This document shows, piece by piece, positions 38,576 to 52,224 of a stretch of DNA of 64,000 nt (the first letter of the stretch is position 1; each line of letters starts with the position of its first letter). Under the pieces are notes generated by a model that saw only the letters and a list, made by a program, of their open reading frames with translations, searched no databases and was not told where the DNA came from. Where the stretch lies: assembly GCA_964035545.1 (NCBI GenBank), contig OZ037767.1, positions 27,420,628 to 27,484,627 of the forward strand, in the 5' to 3' direction. The position numbers and the translations under genes are program-made. This stretch comes from Bugula neritina. Lineage: Eukaryota > Animalia > Bryozoa.

Positions 38576-40333
38576 TTAGGTGACCAGATTTACATCAGAG
38601 TGGGCATGAGAATTGCCTGATGCTTTCTGTTGGCTGCTGTTGCTACTGGTGCTTGTAACAGTTGTAACTTGGTTGTCATGGTGACAGATGCACATAGCTT
38701 TGATGGTGGTAAACAAGTGCTTGTTGAAGAGGGAGTAGACTATAAAGTTGGCTGCCACATTTATCATAAGGAAAAGATGTGCGATTGGTTGAACTTTGCT
38801 GACAATTGGTGGGGGAAGAAACTTCCACAGAAGGCGCGTGATAATATCCGGGAGATTACAAATCATGAAAAGGACACTGACCACAATAATCATCTTGGTC
38901 AATCTCCGTTCTGAAGCCTGCTTAGATTTCAAAGCCGCAGATTTTGCACTTTGAGATTTAATTGGGCTGTTTGAAAACTTGCGAATGATAACAATATTGC
39001 AGGCTATCATGACAATGGTGGGAATACCGTACAAGAAGAGAGTTGCGCTAATGACGGAGTACAGTTGATACTCGCTTCGGTGTCTCACAGGAATGTAAAC
39101 TGATCCGTCGGGTCGAGTAACTTCATTCGGGATGATGTAGTAGCCATTACATGGTAAGATTGTAACAGGTGCATCAAATACTTCATAAACCCAGACACTA
39201 TTGAATGCAAATGAGAGAATGCCTATAGCCAAAGATGATAGGTAAGCTCTCTTAGTAGTGCTCAACTTGGCTGCGTCAAAAGGAAATCGGGTGAGGATGA
39301 GCCTATCTACTGTTAGAGCTACCACCAGCCAGCAAGATGTGGTGGAGAATGCGTTACCAATTCCTGCAACACTTCTAGCTAACTGTCCTGTGAGCGAGAA
39401 GTTGATGATCAGGTTTGGCCAATATTGCAACACATATCTGCCAACAAATAAGTAAAACATGTGTGAAAGTTTTTAGAAACTTTTGCTAAAAACTTGAAAA
39501 TAAATTAAGAAATAAAATCTTCTATTATGGCAATTTTTACATTATAGATGGTTTCCATAATTTATAATAATTATTGTATAATATATAGAAATATTATGCA
39601 AAAATACCATATTGAATGAAATCATAGAATGAGCTGTTGCAATACTGCGGGTTAATCATAATGGCATGCAAATTATTAAACTTTATGGATAACAGCATGA
39701 CAAAATTTTATTTTAGATTAGATAGCAGTAAAAAACGAACACAACACTAAAGCTTGGATAGTTTTTGGAAGTGAAAGTTATAAAAATAGCAATTGGAGCT
39801 ATATAAGATAGGTTCACCCAACATTTCCTCAGCTTAAACTTCATATAATTTTTATTTTACAGGCTCTTTAATTCATGTCAATTTTAACACCAGCTACAAA
39901 TTTGGCTGGTATGGGTCATAAGATTTAACCTTTCAGGACAAATTCAAGCACAATATTACATTGCATAATATGTTAATGATCAATTCAAAAAAGTCTGCAA
40001 TATTTGTATTCAACTTTAAATGTTGTTAACTATTAAATAAAATATAATGCTAAATAATTGACACACTTACCTGTAAGTGTAAAATGGAGCCAGCAGAGCA
40101 TAGAAGAGATCGCTGAAAGCCAGCACGTGTATGTAAATAATCAAAGGTGGTCTCTTTTTCTGAAGGAAGCAAGCTAATATCACAAGACTGTTGCCAACAA
40201 TAGCAAACACGTTGAGAGCAAGAGAAATAACAAAAATAATATTCCACAGAGGGGAAAGTTGCAGACTATCTGTATCATATGGGCATATCATAGTTTTCCC
40301 GCCTCCGATATAAACTGTCTTATTCTCCAGCAT
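38576..40333 (-). CDS. Orphan rhodopsin-class GPCR (FMRFamide/peptide-receptor-like clade)
   Basis: Two exons, 40333-40071 and 39437-38576. GNSLVI (TM1), LAFSDL (TM2), TVDRL (DRY variant), FMICNLP (TM6), NFIVY (NPxxY variant); seven hydrophobic segments. Confidence 0.85.
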
Positions 40334-40437
40334 TTTGGTTTTGTTACTACAGCTCAATCACAGGCACTGAATTATTTAAACCTAATCACTCTAACAACCA
40401 AAATGAAATTGTCTACCAATAAAACAAATCACGCAGC

Positions 40438-40496
40438 TTTATATACTGCTGCATGGCCTCACTAGAGCGGCTTTATGAATACTTTCATTTGATTGG
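40438..40496 (-). promoter_or_regulatory. TATA box plus CCAAT box of the GPCR gene
   Basis: Minus-strand TATATAAA at 40445-40438 and CCAAT at 40496-40492, about 105 and 160 nt upstream of the ATG. Confidence 0.55.
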
Positions 40497-40614
40497 CTGG
40501 TTGCCAGTTTGTCATACTGCAAGTATTGAAAATATTATAATCATAAAACGTTCTATGTATTTTATATTATATTTCCAAACTGAATTAACTTTAACTATAA
40601 TGTATTTAGAAGAA

Positions 40615-40814
40615 GGGAGCAGCTGGAGTGTAGTGGCTACAGTGCTGGTCTAGTATAAACACGGGGTTAGTGGGTTGAGCCCTAACACTTGCAGTGATGT
40701 AAGGAAGAGCATCCAGTAATCATGGCTTCTGTGCTACACCAGACAACGTCTTTAGTCCGCTTTAAAAAACCTTTTACATCAGGGGTTCTCACAGAGATAT
40801 AGCATGAGCTTATA
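40615..40814 (+). mobile_element. tRNA-derived SINE, degraded copy
   Basis: Degenerate tRNA-like head, then gatgtaaggaagagcatccagt...; colinear with the reverse complement of 41567-41771. Confidence 0.7.
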
Positions 40815-41566
40815 ATGCATCTAAGAATAAACGTACATGCAGTTATAATTTATAGAACAATTGCTCTATTGTCATAATTTCAATATTTCATCAGCTGTTA
40901 GAAGTCACAAATTTATAAGTACATTCCTGTAATCAACGATCTTCATCTATTCATTTTTACCAACTTTTGCTATTTTCACAAAATATATAAACAGTATTTG
41001 TGTACAGTATTCCTATTATTATAAGATAAGAAACTTGAACTTCTCTGTTATAAGTTATCAAACCTCACACATTATTCCCTATGAAATAAAGCTTCATGTA
41101 TCAACTTGTAATTTACAAAGGAAACCAATAGTTAGCGTGTTCATGAAAGTTCCTGATATTACATAACTCATTGTTGGAAATCTTTCATCATGATCTTTTG
41201 CTAAATCTTCTTTGGAAATTCAATATTCATAATTAGCACATCAAAGAATTTTGTCATGATGCGATTTTTATATCTTAATATACTAATATCTTTCCAGGTC
41301 AAATTAAACTACAATATATTGACCAACTTCTACTTTGCTTTGAGTAGTTCACAAAGTTGCAACAGGTAGTTTATTTTGTAGTAAGCTTGAGCTTAGCAAA
41401 ACTGTGTGGCCAATATTGCTTTGGGCAGTATATATACTGCTAATTCTATAATTTTCATAGAATTTTACTACTTTGATAGAAAAAAATCTATAAATTTAAA
41501 CCCTGCTGACTGCAGTTATACAAGTCTTTGTTCTTTGCTAAGGAAAGACATAAAAACTCACACAAG

Positions 41567-41771
41567 TTTATAGTTGCCACCCCTGTGACAAGCCCCTGGT
41601 GGAAAGGGTTTTTTGTTAAATCGGGCTAAGCTGGACTTATTCAGATGGGGCACAGGAGCAATTATGACTGGATGCTCTTCTTAACATCACCAACGGTCTC
41701 TGTCGGGGTTCGAACCCATCACTTCGTGTTTACTACACAAACGCTCTAACCCCTAGACCACAACTGCTCTC
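41567..41771 (-). mobile_element. tRNA-derived SINE with intact Pol III boxes
   Basis: Minus strand: A box TGGTCTAGGGG, B box GGTTCGAACCC, then gatgttaagaagagcatccagtc body shared with 40615-40814. Confidence 0.8.
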
Positions 41772-43104
41772 TTACTAAGCAATAACATGCTGGATACAAA
41801 TATCTAGTAGCAACTAATGGCCATGCTCAAACTGCTATGTAAATATTTATGATTTTTCAAATTATATTAATACATTGCACTAGTATTGGCTGCTTTATTT
41901 CTGAATTCATACTTCTTCAAAAAAGATTGACATTAACCAATATGCAAGAGGTCAACACTATTTGGCAGCCATCAACTCCTGAGGAATTTCTCTTTACAAC
42001 ATGTGTTATGATAAAAAAAACTTGTGGTTCCTGAACTGCCAAGAGCTTAAATACCCAAATCGAAACCACGAATTAAATACTTATAATATGATTTAGCTTC
42101 TAACCTGATTAGATATAGTATATTAAAACTAGGGTCAACAAGCAAATGTGATAGTTTGTAATGTATTCTAATGATTTTAAGAGCAGGATGTGCCATGATG
42201 GTAGCCATTTTTAAGATTTTTTGTTGATCTGGATGATGAATTTTTAAAGAGATAGCCAGCTATAATAGGATGTTTAGGTTATAGTTGTTGATCTTGAAAG
42301 CAAGGTTTTGTTACTTGAGTTGTCATGGAAACATGAGCTCCAAAGTAAAGTTCACAGCTTTAATGAATTGTAATGGTGATATCATTTTTGTATTAATCAC
42401 TAAATGTTATCAGGAACATTGCTTCAAATAAGATATAGTATAGCTATAGTAAATGTCTATCTTAATTTGGTGCAGTATAACTATGCAACTCTCTAACCCA
42501 ACAAACCCTTATATCAACTTGTGTTTTACTGGAGTACAATATTTCAGTGTTTATTGTAATATTATTACGCTATATTTCTGACAATCTATCAACAATTAAT
42601 ACCATTTACTTAAAAAATATGCTGGTAATTTATAATTGTAGCATTCATTATAAAGAGAAAGATTTATTGTCAGTATTTCCACAAGCTAGTATCTACATAT
42701 GAGAAGACAACCCTCATCATAGTGTCGCTGTTATAATCTACACTAAAGTAAAGTGTTACGTATGGTTTGTAACGCTTTGAGCTTGGCTTATCATATTTAC
42801 GAAAGTCAGAAATGAATATATTAATCACATTCTTAATAAAAATTGCAAACTGCCTCATTCAAAAATATATATTAAAACAAAACTTTTTGATTGCATAACT
42901 TATGGAGAAACGTCTAGAACCATTTTGAGCACTATTATTTCGCCTAAAATATATTATTATAAGTATAAAACACATAACAAAATAAAAAATATGAATTTGT
43001 ACTTAAAAATGCATTACTTTAAAGTGCATCAATTTTATACAAATGTATTTTTACAATAAGTATTTCAAATAATTATCTAAAAAACTTCAATCTTTGGAAA
43101 ATAC

Positions 43105-46100
43105 TTAAACTGGAGCATCAGACTTCGCTGGCTCTATTGCTAACTTTTCTTTTCTTGATTTAAGATTTTCTATGGCATTAGCTACTCTGACCCAAGGGTC
43201 TTTGGAGGGATCAAGTTTGGCACAACTGCAACTTTCTCGCAACTTTATAGCCTGAAACCACAACAATGATCGCCGTTTATTAGTCATATCTTAATATGAC
43301 TCATCATAGAGGAGATACTCATTATTTTATAATCATTCCAAGTTTGAGAATAAGATATTTCATAAGTCAAACTTTTCAGAAATGTCTACTAATACATTAT
43401 TACAAAAAAAAGAAAAAATATAAACAGAAGCATTTACTAAGCCTACCAAAAATAAAGAAATATTAATCCCACTTTCCATGAAATTATTAAGCAATTTGTC
43501 ATATTGAATCAACGAGAACATGGCAGGTAGGCACCAGCTTTCTATTGATTTTCAGGGATTTTTGCAATCTCAGCTAGGCAACAATCCCTTGCTAAGCGCC
43601 TTCCCTGTCTGATCTTACGATACATACCGCGGGAAGCATGCTTTGCAGAGATTGAGTGCGAGACTCATTAGCTGGATGCGTAGACAAAAGCTCTGGCAAT
43701 CGAACACCTTCATCGGCCAGTTTAACCTTGGCTTCCTGCCACGCCCACAATGCTGGGGCCTCCCTCACATCATAGCAAGCCTGTGAAAAAGTAAACAAGT
43801 CGGAAATATGCACTAGTGGCAAGTATTTTAAATAAATTTGATTTTAAATGTTTGTGCAACATTTAATTCAAAAACTGGATGCCTTGCTTTCCTTGCAACT
43901 GCCTTAAACAAACCTTATTTTCAAGTTATCAGGCAAGCTATTGAATTGAAGCTATAAAATTGAAGGTAATGTTGGAGTTATCTTTCCATAAGTATATTCA
44001 GCAGCCAAAAGTTATTCAACGCAGTGAAAGATTTAGAGCAGCCCCCAACAGCTTTGGAAAACTCTAAATGGGTATTTCATAACTTATGTATAAAATTTTA
44101 GTGTCTGCAAATGTTGTTCTAAATTCATATGACCAAAGTGATGGTGCCACAAAACTCCTCGATTACTTTGAATGAGCACATGCAGACGACATGTTACATC
44201 CATAACTAGAATATAGTGTGATACAGACTAATTAAAGCACCTTAGCTGCCAAAAGTAACCCAACTTTGTCAGCTTCAGTCTCAAGTTCTCTGCTATACGG
44301 TAGCTCCATCATCAGCTAGAAGAAAGTCAAGAAAACTTAGTTAGTTCATGGTAATATGACTACATCACATATTTTAGATACAGTAGTAACACACTCTATA
44401 ATGGCTTTTAGCATATTTTTTATCATATATTGCAAAAGATATAATATATGTACAGTGCTTTTAATCAATAATTTATTATATATAAAATACATGTACAATA
44501 CACATACAATACATGTACAATACAAATACAATACATGTACAATACACATACAATACATGTACAATACAAATATGCGCACACATATAATTTAGTTGGAAGT
44601 ATATACTACATACACAGATTAAAAAACGTACCTTCATAAGTTTATTGTAAAACCATTGAGTGATAACAGCAATACCATCTCCAGGTACAAATGTCCATAT
44701 AGCAGCCAACACAAATATCATAAATACATCAAGGAGTTGCCCTCTACTGACATGCTCTATCTAAAAGATCACATATAAACACATTCAACGTATACAGAGC
44801 ACATGTATGCAGGTAAGATAATGTTATGCAGCATATCTAAACATCACTTAGCACACATATGTATGTATGTATATAATGTAACCTAACTTTCTACATAGCC
44901 TTGTGAGCCAAAGAATGTATCGTCTTTTATTAAAATAAAATGCATTCCAATGTAGACGAGAAGTTTTATTGAAGTAATAAACAACGTAGAAAGAGAAAGT
45001 TAAGATAGAGAACAATATATAAGAGGGAAAAACTTACGGAATGACCCATAATAGCGTGCGCAATTTCATGTCCCATAACAATAGCTAATTGATCGACATT
45101 ATCAACGTCATTGATTAATCCAGTGAAAACAAAGATATGACCATTCTAAAAAAACACCATACCTTATTCTCAAATTATATATTTCCTAAAATGTAAATAA
45201 AACTCATAAATGAAAGCAGATAATATAGCACAAATGAACAGATTAAATCATGACATATATTTGTATACTGAGTCTGGTTTTAAAGTGACTCTGACTATTA
45301 CTTACTGGCAATACGAAGGCGTTGCTGACTGTGACATCATCAACAACTGTAACCTTCCACTGGACGGACTGAATCATCGGTGACTCACTTTTATTAGCAG
45401 CGAGTATATTGCTGGCAACGCCGACAACACCTTTGTATATAGGGTCACTGGGTGTCAGAATTTGGTCTTTATACTGTGTCAGGTACTGCAAATTGTAATA
45501 TTGTCTTTGTAATACAAAATGGGCTAATACATTTATGCGATGGTGAAAACGAAAAGTGCTCTTTTAGAATTTTATGAAAAAATGTAAACTGTTTAAAATA
45601 TAAAGATAAATTTCATTACTTATTAAATTATTAAAAAATATAAATTCTACTTCTAACGACCTACAACTACTGACATCTAAAAAATATATTATGATAATTT
45701 TTCGACATATTCTCTTACAATAAACTAATGTGAAAGAAAAGTCAAAAAACAAGCAAACAAAAAACTGACCAACATTGCCGAGAAATAAGGATTTAGAACT
45801 CAAATAATTATTGATAAAACTTCAAAAAACTGAGCAGCAAACTTCATGTATGATAACTTCACAACTTACACTCTGCTCTTCAAACTCTACAATGCTGGCA
45901 ATCTGATCCTTCGACAAGCTAATAAATCTCAGACGATTTGTCAGAGGATTTCTTTCCAAGTGTATGACATAGTTTATGACAGCTGCAGCAACCATGGCAA
46001 AGACAACTCCAAATATTATTCCTTTCATTCCACCAAACAAGCCTTTGTAATGTGTTCTTTTCTCAACAGGTAAGGCAGTCCACCACCTTCGTATGTACCT

Positions 46101-46892
46101 TGAAAACATATTATAGGCATTTTATCACCCAGTAACTACATATTTATTTATATTTCAACAGCAGATATTGCAAACCTATCTAAATTTGGTAAAAGTTTAT
46201 CAACTTTTATAAAACAATTTTTGTAGAAAAAACATAATTAATAAATGTTTAATAGACAATAATCTTGGAAACTGCAACTTTTATAGAATTGTATGACACA
46301 ATTTTTATAGAATTGTATGTTGTATTTAATAGTAGCAATACTTTCAAATCTGTAATAGAAGCTCTTTGTCAACTACTAACAGAACAAAAACCAAAAAATT
46401 CAGCATATAAAATAATTTTTGGAAATACGACTACTTACAGAAAACTACAAATAATCTACAAATCAAATGAGACTTTGCATAAAACAGATGTAGTGTAATC
46501 GTTGTTATACTTCCTGACTATATAACAGTATGAAAATCTTACCGACCCCAAAGCATGGCCCACAATTTTCCTAATGGCTTGAGAATAGTCCATAAAACAG
46601 GAGGAATATTCAGCCTGCGGGTGGTGTGAAATAAACTAACTTGTGACGGTAATAAAATGTGCCTATAGTGCGCATTTGATTTAAGCAAATGTGTCTGGGA
46701 AAAGTGTTTACGGGCTGCAGCTAGAAATGGTCTGTGATTGCGCTCCTGTCTGGCATATTGAAATTGCTTCGCCTTCTTTCCTCGAGGAGCTACTTGTATT
46801 CCATCTCCACGTAAAATAAGCCCTAACTTTCGCTGTGGCTTGTTGAAATTAATCCAAAATATGCGCCTTATGTTTTGCCACACTAGAGCCAT
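43105..46892 (-). CDS. OMA1: Mitochondrial metalloendopeptidase OMA1 (peptidase M48)
   Basis: Arg/Lys-rich presequence; NAFVLP, MGHEIAH (HExxH), LPYSRELETEADKVG, ACYDVRE, LSTHPANESR, C-terminal CxC; about 8 exons. Confidence 0.92.
44487..44571. repeat. 22-bp minisatellite (atacatgtacaatacacataca) in an OMA1 intron
   Basis: About 4 copies; explains the YMYC-rich ORFs. Confidence 0.85.
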
Positions 46893-47379
46893 AGTTGATT
46901 AGCTGGACCTTTGCTTTTGAAATTATTTCGGTTTATAGATGCATCATCTACAACACGACCAAATTATTTTACAAACTTAACAACTAACTAGTGTGTCAAT
47001 GACTGTGTGTTAGTACTATTATTATTAATTCCATCAGTCTGAGTCTCATCAACAGCTCTGCCAGTGCTGCCGCTAATAAATAAATATGTCTAGTGCCACT
47101 AAAATACCTGCCAGTCCTACTTATAGCTATTGACTTGTCATAACTCCAACTAACTTTGCAAAATATAAACACCAAAAACTATTAAAACTAAAGCTAAAAG
47201 CTAATTCCTAAGATCAATAAGAAAATGTTAAACTAAATGAGTAAAACTAAATATCACGTAAAATGAAAATCCAAGCAAAATTATTTACTAAATAAGTCTT
47301 GGTCATATTGAGACTGTTAATGCCATCTAATAATCATCTACTTCTATACCCATAACTTATAGACATAATGATAAGGCTA

Positions 47380-49050
47380 AGAGTTAAGACTAACTCAAAG
47401 AGTGTCACTGATACTCATACTGCGTATGTCTTATGATATCATATTCATAATCAATATTATAATCAAAAACTTACTCACGTATAAGACTAAGACTAAGACA
47501 GTTACTAAGAGCAAGTGAAACTGAATTTTAATAATCATAACGAAAATGGTATTAATAATCATAGTCATACTCATACTGACTTACTTATACTTGACGTGAT
47601 ACCCATTGGTGATTGGCCATTTGTCATACTCCTACTGATAGTGATACTCATACTCCTTGTGATACTGATTCAGTGATTGAGTGATTGTGATACTGTTACT
47701 GTTAGTCATAGTGATAGCACTTGAAGTTATTACTATTAGTATTAGTATGACTAATGACTAATGTAATGAGTATTACTATTACTATTAGTATTAGTTAATG
47801 ATATTTGATAATTAAATAGGTATAACTTACAGTTATACTTATAGTTGAGTCTTAGATATGAAAAATGAGATACACCAATTATAATAATACTAATAGTAAT
47901 CAGTTTGGGGGGGAGTTTCCCACTAAGAACCCCTGGAGGGTGAATAGTAATAGTAATAGGAATACACGAGTCATAGTGATAGCTATGACGACGATGATGA
48001 CAGCTAGAGGGCGGAAAACTTTTAACAACAGCTACATAATAATATCATTATTATTTGACTGATGAGGGGTAACGCCCGAATATCTAAAATAGAGAAAGTA
48101 ACTCTTTAGATTTTCATGACGCAATAAACATAAATATTCTTTGTAGCGAAACCATTAAAGCACATTTAAACTTATATCCTGTTCGTAATTCGTTTTGCCC
48201 CCGAGTTGTATAATATTTAATTATTAGTATAACTATAAGTAATGTATCAGTAATTACCTTGGAAAAATGTATTAGTTTATTTTTACTTGTGAAAAAGTAG
48301 CTAAGATATTTGAGTCAATATTTTATGTAAATACATAATTATGATTGTGAGCCATGAGGAGATGTATAAGTTCAAGTATAACTATAAGTCTATAAGTTAA
48401 TGTATAAGTATAAGTATAAGTATTAGTAGCTATAACATTACGTTTAACTATAACTATAACATTAACTGTATAACTTAAACTATAACTATAAGTATAAGTA
48501 TTAGTAGCTATAACATTACGTTTAACTATAACTATAACATTAACTGTATAACTTAAACTATAACTATAAGTATAAGTATTAGTATAAGTATAATTTAAAT
48601 TATAGTTATACTATAACTTATAGTTATAGTATAACTATAGTCTATAAGTATAACTATAATAGTATTATTAATAATAAGTAAACATCTACATCTACATTTA
48701 CTATTAAGTTTTACTTTTAGTTTTACATAGATTTAATTGCATTAAATTTAATTAAAATAAAACTTAAAATCAAAATGTTTTAGTTTATGATTATATTGAA
48801 TATCACTATCACTATGAGTATGAGTATCACAGTTAGAGTAAGAGTATCAGTATGAGTATGACTATAGGACTAAGTATAAGTATAAACTTAAACTTAAAGC
48901 ATAACTTGTCTATAAGTAGAACTATTACTTATAGTTGAGTTATAGTTTAAGTTATAGTTATACTAAAATTAAATTACTTATTCAGTTATTGTTATAGTTA
49001 TAATCATACTGATAGTGATACTGATAGAGTAACAAGTTGTAGTTTTAGTT
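47380..49050. promoter_or_regulatory. OMA1/STEEP1 divergent promoter region flanked on both sides by 6-bp periodic tracts
   Basis: CpG-containing core about 47960-48210; gtcata ctccta ctgata gtgata ctcata on the left; gtataa/ctataa and cactat gagtat cagtat on the right; exact 78-bp direct repeat with starts at 48421, 48499 and partially 48577. Confidence 0.6.
47900..47945 (-). mobile_element. Short dispersed element, copy 2 (see 28416-28471)
   Basis: Reverse-complement near-identity to copy 1; flanked by a possible TSD aatagtaat (47892-47900, 47943-47951) in low-complexity context. Confidence 0.65.
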
Positions 49051-49427
49051 TATATGTAATATAAATATACCATCATTAGCCTACCATGAAATGGTTTTCA
49101 CTTTACAACTGCTCTAAAAACAAACTGCGTGTTATTGTATTTATATATGATTTATTTTTGACACTGACTTTGGGAATTGGAGACAAATTAAAATATAAAT
49201 TGTTTTGCTAACAAAAATATATATTGATAAACATGTGTATACTTATTGATATTACCTAAAGTTTCTTAATTTAAATTCTATTTAAAAACTTATTTTCAGC
49301 TAACTAATATAAAAATAAATATACAGTGATTTGATAGCCCAATGTTAATAATAGCTCTCATTATAATTTTAATTTGTTTTTGTAGGAACTTCTATAAAAT
49401 AGATCTTCAACTTTATTAGATTTAAGT

Positions 49428-50766
49428 ATGTCTAAGAAGAATCAGCAAAAGAAGCCTCTTGTTGCAACTGAAGACAACGATGTGCAGGTCAAGAAGGACA
49501 AACCACTCTACATTTATTATTGCATTTGTGGACAGATGAGTTTGATATTAGACTGTCCATTAGAAAAGCTACCTACAAGACCACGAGATGGATCTAAGTG
49601 TATAGATAGTCTGAAACATGCACATAGAATGACTGCAGACACTGATGACGCTGTACATATTCGAAGATCAGGCGGTAAAACTAAAACCTTTGTTTTCATA
49701 CATTTAGCTCTAAAAATAGTAAATTTTTCTCATTAGCTATGAAAGTAATAGGTAAATAATTGTATAACAATTTTTATGGCTTTATCTTGTTATTTCTTTT
49801 AAACAGGTATAGAAAAGCAATTCAGGATGAAATGCAAGAAATGTTCGTTACCGATATTTTACCAGCATCAAGATCCAGTTACTGTGAAAAAGTGTCCAAT
49901 AAAGTTCATTTTACCCGGTGCATTAACAACAACAGGTGATGGGAAATCTAGTATGTATGACCAGGTGAAGGCTAAACGTCAAGACAGGGTGAGTTACTGC
50001 TATTGTTTGGTTTTAGATGGTGTAGTTAGTATCTAAGAATCAGTTTTACTCCCCAAATAGTGCTGAGCTAAAGCTTTTTACTCTGTTTAAGTAATTTAAA
50101 CCAAATCCACCTACTTATCTGCTACATAGACTGAATGTTGCAATACTAAAATAATGAATATAAATGATATAACGTTGACATAAACCAATATTTTCCAATA
50201 GTTTTGAAAATTGAGAAAAAATAGGTGGTGCAAGTGACACTGTTATTGACTTAAAAACTGACAGAAAAGTTAAAATGGGTTGTTTTTAAAAATCATGCTA
50301 CAATTTAGACTGTGTGTAGCTGGCTAGCTGCATTCTCAGAACATATTTTAATGAAAGTATGCTATGCTATTCAACAGGTGGTGGTGAAAAGAAAAACAAA
50401 AGACATGGGGAAGTTTTCTTCAGTTACTGTTTCAACTGTTGAAGAAGAGGAGGACGAACTTGATGACAAGCTCATTGCTGACTCATACGCTGCCAATGCC
50501 AAGGTCATTGCCAAACAAATGGCTAGAAAAGGTCTACTGAAAAGAGAGGTAACCATATATATCACTCTACCTTAATCTCTGCAGTCATAATTTAAACTAA
50601 AACCCGTATTCATCAAATCATTGCAAATAATATTTCATGGAAAAATTGTAAGAGTCATTCACATACTAATATAATTAAGCTAACATAATTTGCTGCATTG
50701 TTTCAGGCCGACGATCAACAAAACCCCATAGAGAAGAGAACCAAAGGTACTTTAATTGATAAGTAA
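49428..50766 (+). CDS. STEEP1: STING ER exit protein / UPF0428 (CXorf56 homolog)
   Basis: [87 protein letters not shown]; four coding exons; 5' UTR acceptor at 49385. Confidence 0.92.
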
Positions 50767-52177
50767 GGGTGGGGAACTTATTTAGATCATAGAAATTTGA
50801 CAGTTTGCCAATGGAGACACTCCAACAGTCAATGTATATATCCAGCACTCAATGATGTAAAGAAATGGGCTAATTTTTAGTAATAGTTTACTACGCTGTA
50901 CTTGCTATTCGATATCCTGGATAAATCATCTTCCACAATCTTAATTGTCTTTTATTTTGTGATATAAAATAAGTGGCATAAAGTTTGTTAACAAATTTCT
51001 TGGCTTATTCTTTCCGAGTTTATAATTGTTAACCTTTAAAGCCATTTAAGTTAAAATTTAGATGAGCTTTTATATTCATGCATTCATCTGCTGCTATGTA
51101 CATAAATTCACAGGTCATCTGTTATATATAATGTGAAATAAAGTAATTGTATTTATGTTTTGTACATTCACCTTTTTTGAATAATGAAAATATGAAATAT
51201 ACTGCATTTTAGTATTATCTTATGTTACTTGTAATAAATACAGTTATATGAGAAGTAATAAATGAATTATTCACTTATTATAGTCTCCAAGTAGTGATGT
51301 TTAAATTTTTTTGGCAGTTGCCCCAAGTTCTGATATACTCAGCCCATTAATTGGTCAGTTATAGTACTCGTTTGCATATATATGCATGTCATATGCATGT
51401 AGTCTTCTGGAATACTTTATTAATAATAGACATGTAGTTTCTAGAATAATCTTAGTATAAGTTTAGCTATTATGGATCATATTTTAGACGAGAAAAGTTG
51501 TTGGCAAAAGAAGTTTTCTACTGCAATACTTGGCGGTCATCTGATATCTTTCATAACCTACATAATAAACACAGCTAGTATACTTTACAACCCATAGGTT
51601 TCCCCAATCTCACATTGGCCATAGACTATTACAGCTAGTGCATTGTGGTATTTTCACGATAATAATATTTTGTTCATGTGGTATCTCACTTATATTATGC
51701 CCTTTGTGACAGTCCCAGTATATATCAGACTAAGCCCTTCCTATATTTCACACAGGTAATCAATTGAAAACTACTATTCTATAATGACAGTAATTCTGTA
51801 TAGGCCTACAGGCTATGTAAACTAAGCTAGAGTTATGTGTCTGTTGATATAGCAATTTGAAAGAGAGCAACAATATCAATGAAGACTTATCCTACCTAAA
51901 GATACGAAATAGGGGACCATATGTTGACGTCTCATCAAACCACATTGTTGATGATAACAAAATGTGTGGAATGCTCAATGCTGAAAAATATAGTCTAAGT
52001 ATTAATAACTAACAGGCAAACTTTATATTTTGTAAATATTTAAAAATTTGTTGCGTGTTATATACAATAAACAGACTGTATCTAAGTTTTCAATGATACA
52101 AGCATTAATCTAAGTTTTGATTCATTCAATACATTGTGATTGCAAGTAAATTCTCATACATTTTCATACCAACGACT

Positions 52178-52224
52178 GGTGGCAACACCCATTGAACTTA
52201 TAGTTTCAGTTCAGTGGCAACACC
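52178..52224. promoter_or_regulatory. Direct repeat of GTGGCAACACC upstream of PSMG1 (RFX half-site / TGGCAAC-type promoter motif)
   Basis: Two identical 11-mers 36 bp apart, where ordinary intergenic DNA changes to the periodic AT-rich tract. Confidence 0.35.

Noticed and set aside
41690-41771. Possible tRNA gene
   Set aside because: Has A and B boxes but continues into a body shared with a second degraded copy, and I could not fold a clean cloverleaf; called a SINE.
48116-48125. ATGACGCAAT C/EBP-ATF-like site near OMA1 (stress-response feedback idea)
   Set aside because: The same 10-mer occurs near 37550 in non-promoter DNA; a single short motif is insufficient.
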